Source of the DNA: Candidatus Moanibacter sp.
GTDB lineage: Bacteria; Verrucomicrobiota; Verrucomicrobiia; Opitutales; UBA2987
Direction: 5' to 3'
Length of the DNA: 64,000 bases
Assembly: GCA_965215885.1 (NCBI GenBank)
Contig: CBDCEW010000090.1
Coordinates: 32,001-96,000, forward strand
Under the pieces are notes generated by a model that was given only the letters and a program-made list of their open reading frames with translations, ran no database searches and was not told the DNA's origin. The translations under genes and the position numbers were made by a program. Shown here in pieces: positions 61,290-64,000 of this stretch (its first letter is position 1; each line of letters starts with the position of its first letter).

Positions 61290-62471
61290 ATGCCAAGTAA
61301 GCATGTAAGGGCTCCGAGTTTGCCGATACCAGATAAGGGGCAATCCGATTTGCTGATTATTGCTGGAGAACATTCCGGCGATCAACATGCAGCTCGTCTC
61401 ATAAAGGGTCTGCTTGAGGTTCGACCCGAGTTTAATGTCGTCGCCCTGGGCGGTGGCCGGCTGGAGAATGCGGGCGCGCAGCTTCTTTACGATCTCACGC
61501 GCCATTCGGTCGTCGGTTTTTTCGAAGTCTTGAAAAGCTATTCCTTCTTTCGAGATTTGTTTCACAGGACTGTGGGCTGGATCTCCGAACACCGTCCCCG
61601 CAATATCTGTCTGGTCGACTATCCGGGGTTTAACCTGCGGTTGGCGAAGAAGCTCTACGAAGTTGGATTAAGTCGAAAAGGGGGGGGAGAAATTGGTGTC
61701 TACTACTATATCGGCCCTCAAATCTGGGCGTGGAAGGCGAAAAGGCGATTCCAGATGGCCCGATATCTTGACGCGCTCGCAGTCATTTTTCCGTTTGAAG
61801 TCGACTGTTATGAAGATACCGCTTTGCCGGTCAGCTTTGTGGGGCACCCATTTGTAGATGGCGATTATTGTCTCCCTCTACGTTTCGATGCGGAAGGACC
61901 GGTTTTGCTTTTGCCGGGAAGCCGACGCACTGCCGTGTCGAGGATTTTCCCCCTCTTGGCAGATGCGTTCGAGTCCTTGTTGCGAGACCGGGCGGATGAG
62001 AGTGCTTTAATTATCTATCCGGATAGTGAAGTGCGGGACGTAGTAGAGGCAATTTTGAGGAATCGCGATGGACTGGGAGATCATTGCCAGCTGGTCCAGT
62101 TTGAAGGTACGTTTTCCGGGAAGGCTGCGCTGACAAGCTCCGGTACGATGTCACTCGCTTGCGGATTGGCCGGCATACCCGGCGCCATCGCCTATCGGGC
62201 TCATCCCTTGACATATTTACTGGCTCGAACGATGATTCGAGTTCCGTATTTGGGAATTGCCAATCTCCTTCTCGAGGAGCCCCTATATCCGGAATTCATA
62301 CAGGGAACGGCAAATCGTGAGAATCTGGCGAATGCTTTGGAGGCCGCTATAAGTTCCCAAGAGAAGGTCACGGCGGCCTGTGAGGGTTCGCGGAAACTGC
62401 GAGCCATACTATCCCGCGAGAAGACAGACTCCGCTTCGGCGTGGCTCGAAAAGTTAATGAGCTGCGATTGA
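61290..62471 (+). CDS. lpxB: Lipid-A-disaccharide synthase
   Basis: AGEHSGD, VDYPGFN, PQIWAW, FPFE, FVGHP, LLPGSR and PEFIQ motifs. Confidence 0.96.
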   Translation: MPSKHVRAPSLPIPDKGQSDLLIIAGEHSGDQHAARLIKGLLEVRPEFNVVALGGGRLENAGAQLLYDLTRHSVVGFFEVLKSYSFFRDLFHRTVGWISEHRPRNICLVDYPGFNLRLAKKLYEVGLSRKGGGEIGVYYYIGPQIWAWKAKRRFQMARYLDALAVIFPFEVDCYEDTALPVSFVGHPFVDGDYCLPLRFDAEGPVLLLPGSRRTAVSRIFPLLADAFESLLRDRADESALIIYPDSEVRDVVEAILRNRDGLGDHCQLVQFEGTFSGKAALTSSGTMSLACGLAGIPGAIAYRAHPLTYLLARTMIRVPYLGIANLLLEEPLYPEFIQGTANRENLANALEAAISSQEKVTAACEGSRKLRAILSREKTDSASAWLEKLMSCD

Positions 62472-62504
62472 TGGGAATTCGAGTACCTAGGAAGAATCTA
62501 CGAG

Positions 62505-62595
62505 AACCCACCCCTGGCCCCTCCGCGGAGGGGATCTTCTCATTTCAGAGCTCATTCACCAAGCTCCCCTCCCACGGAGGGGCCAGGGGTGGGTT
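62505..62595. repeat. REP-like inverted repeat between convergent lpxB and hemA
   Basis: Perfect 21-bp IR AACCCACCCCTGGCCCCTCCG / CGGAGGGGCCAGGGGTGGGTT; a related half-copy is near 9753-9770. Confidence 0.75.
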
Positions 62596-62750
62596 GCTTG
62601 CAATGATAAAGAGACAACGGACGACGGACAACAGACCAATTCACTCTTCCACTGTGGGACTTTGCAACTTTTCCACTGTTTACTGCTGAGCGCAGCGAAG
62701 TCCCGGCTGGCCGGGGTTCACTGAACACTGTTTACTGATCCCTTGCGGCC

Positions 62751-63794
62751 TCACACAAGAGACTTCCACAGCTGTTCCGCCCTCGAGAATAGTACTTCCC
62801 GGCACGAAATGATCTCCGCTTCACGTTCCCTGAGGTTTTCGTTAGCGATCTGCGAAATGTCGTTAAGATTATAGAGAAAAACGTTGGGCAATTGAGACGC
62901 TCTCGGATCGACGTTGCGCGGTAGGGCGAGATCGATTATAAAAAGCGGTTGATTGGGTCTCTTTTGGATGGCTTCTTTGACCGATTCATTGGTAAGGAGC
63001 GGCTCAGGGGCCGCCGTGGAACAGATCACAATATCAAAGAATGAGAGTTTGCTCGGGTATTGGTCGAATTCCAGAGTTTCGCTTGCGATATCTTCGGCAA
63101 GTTTTTCGACATTTTCCCGTGTTCTGCCGGTAACCGTGATTGAATCGGCGCCTCGGCTTTTCAGCGCTTTAGCCGTCTTTTCACCAACCTCGCCGGTGCC
63201 CAGGACTAAGATTCGAGCGGCGTTGAGTTTTCCGAATATTCGTAGCGCCAGATTCACACATATGTTACCAATGCTGATGTGGCCCTTGCCGATGCCGGTA
63301 TGAGTTCTGGCCCATTTAGCCGCCTGGAAACTCTTTTGGAAAAGCCGGTGCAATAAGGGACCGACCGAGGAATGCTTAATCGCGATACCGTAAGAATCTT
63401 TTAGCTGACCAAAGATCTCCGTTTCGCCGACCATCTGAGAGTCGATTCCGCTCGAGACCTCGAACAGGTGCTTGACAACTTTCGGCCCCGTCTTGCGGAA
63501 ACTGTAGCGACTGAATTCGGGTCGATCGAATCGATGGAAGTCACAGAGGAAACTCTCGATCTCCTCCTGCACCGTGATGCGTGGGGATACGGTATAGAGT
63601 TCGATCCTATTGCAGGTATTGAGAATAAGGAATTCCCTCAGATCTTTGATTTCTTTAAGGTGCTTGTAGATATGGGGGAGCTGGTCGTCTGCCACTGCAA
63701 ATCTCTCACGAACCTCGAGCGGCGCCGTGCGGTGACTGCTTCCCAGAAGCAGGAGTTTGTTTTCCGTCGTCTGCATTACCTCAACCGTTCCCAT
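62751..63794 (-). CDS. hemA: Glutamyl-tRNA reductase
   Basis: HRTAPLEVRE, TCNRIE, GIDSQMVGETEIFGQ and DLALPRNV motifs; short C-terminus. Confidence 0.95.
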   Translation of the reverse strand: MGTVEVMQTTENKLLLLGSSHRTAPLEVRERFAVADDQLPHIYKHLKEIKDLREFLILNTCNRIELYTVSPRITVQEEIESFLCDFHRFDRPEFSRYSFRKTGPKVVKHLFEVSSGIDSQMVGETEIFGQLKDSYGIAIKHSSVGPLLHRLFQKSFQAAKWARTHTGIGKGHISIGNICVNLALRIFGKLNAARILVLGTGEVGEKTAKALKSRGADSITVTGRTRENVEKLAEDIASETLEFDQYPSKLSFFDIVICSTAAPEPLLTNESVKEAIQKRPNQPLFIIDLALPRNVDPRASQLPNVFLYNLNDISQIANENLREREAEIISCREVLFSRAEQLWKSLV

Positions 63795-64000
63795 GCACTT
63801 GAGTTTCCCTTTCTGATGGTCGGCTCGCGTCTACGGGCCAGATCGAGAATAGAGCGAGAGCGAAAATCGTCAGGCAGCACCAGGCAAAACTCCTCGAGAG
63901 TAGCTTGTTGGATAAATTTAGAACGAGGGCGAGTGTATAGGCTAGCCAGATGATTAGCGAAATCAGGAGCTTGGGGATTCTCACCTGCTCCCAATCACCG
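63781..64000 (-). CDS. Cytochrome c assembly protein CcsA-like, C-terminal part
   Basis: ...VRIPKLLISLIIWLAY TM segment; directly upstream of hemA; partial. Confidence 0.65.
   Translation of the reverse strand, partial: GDWEQVRIPKLLISLIIWLAYTLALVLNLSNKLLSRSFAWCCLTIFALALFSIWPVDASRPSERETQVHGNG

Overview
64-kb bacterial chromosomal window. The lysS-lolC/E-lolD-Gfo/Idh-lpxB, ccsA-hemA and gpsA/coaD/pgsA/pgpA neighbourhoods suggest Verrucomicrobiota (Opitutales-like); this is an inference. Bases 1-1.6 kb hold molybdenum-cofactor genes (moaE, moaD, mobA). Bases 1.6-29 kb are a decaying signal-transduction/type-IV-filament island: three hybrid histidine kinases (all broken), response regulators, a GspE/PilB ATPase, a pilin, a porin and an SBP. 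That island is hit by six IS copies of four types: a two-ORF Mutator-like element, a tandem pair of ISNCY-like elements, two IS4 copies and a DUF4338/DruA-ISAs1 fusion element. Bases 29-64 kb are mostly housekeeping: lipid/CoA genes, a type III PKS cluster, a 10-gene Mrp/Mnh operon, type-B L36/L31, pncAB, lipA, lysS, lol, lpxB and hemA. This part also carries an intact, unusually large single-ORF IS (46310-48683, 741-aa transposase, 5-bp TSD), a putative nucleotidyltransferase TA pair, and many small palindromic/REP-like intergenic repeats. I found no rRNA, tRNA or CRISPR array. Most notable: the unclassified large IS, the Mutator-like element sitting in a REP-like hairpin, TANCTA-targeted tandem IS insertion with rearrangement scars, a C5T5 slippage site in the DruA-ISAs1 fusion, and a dispersed 16-bp micro-palindrome that appears to insert into other repeats.
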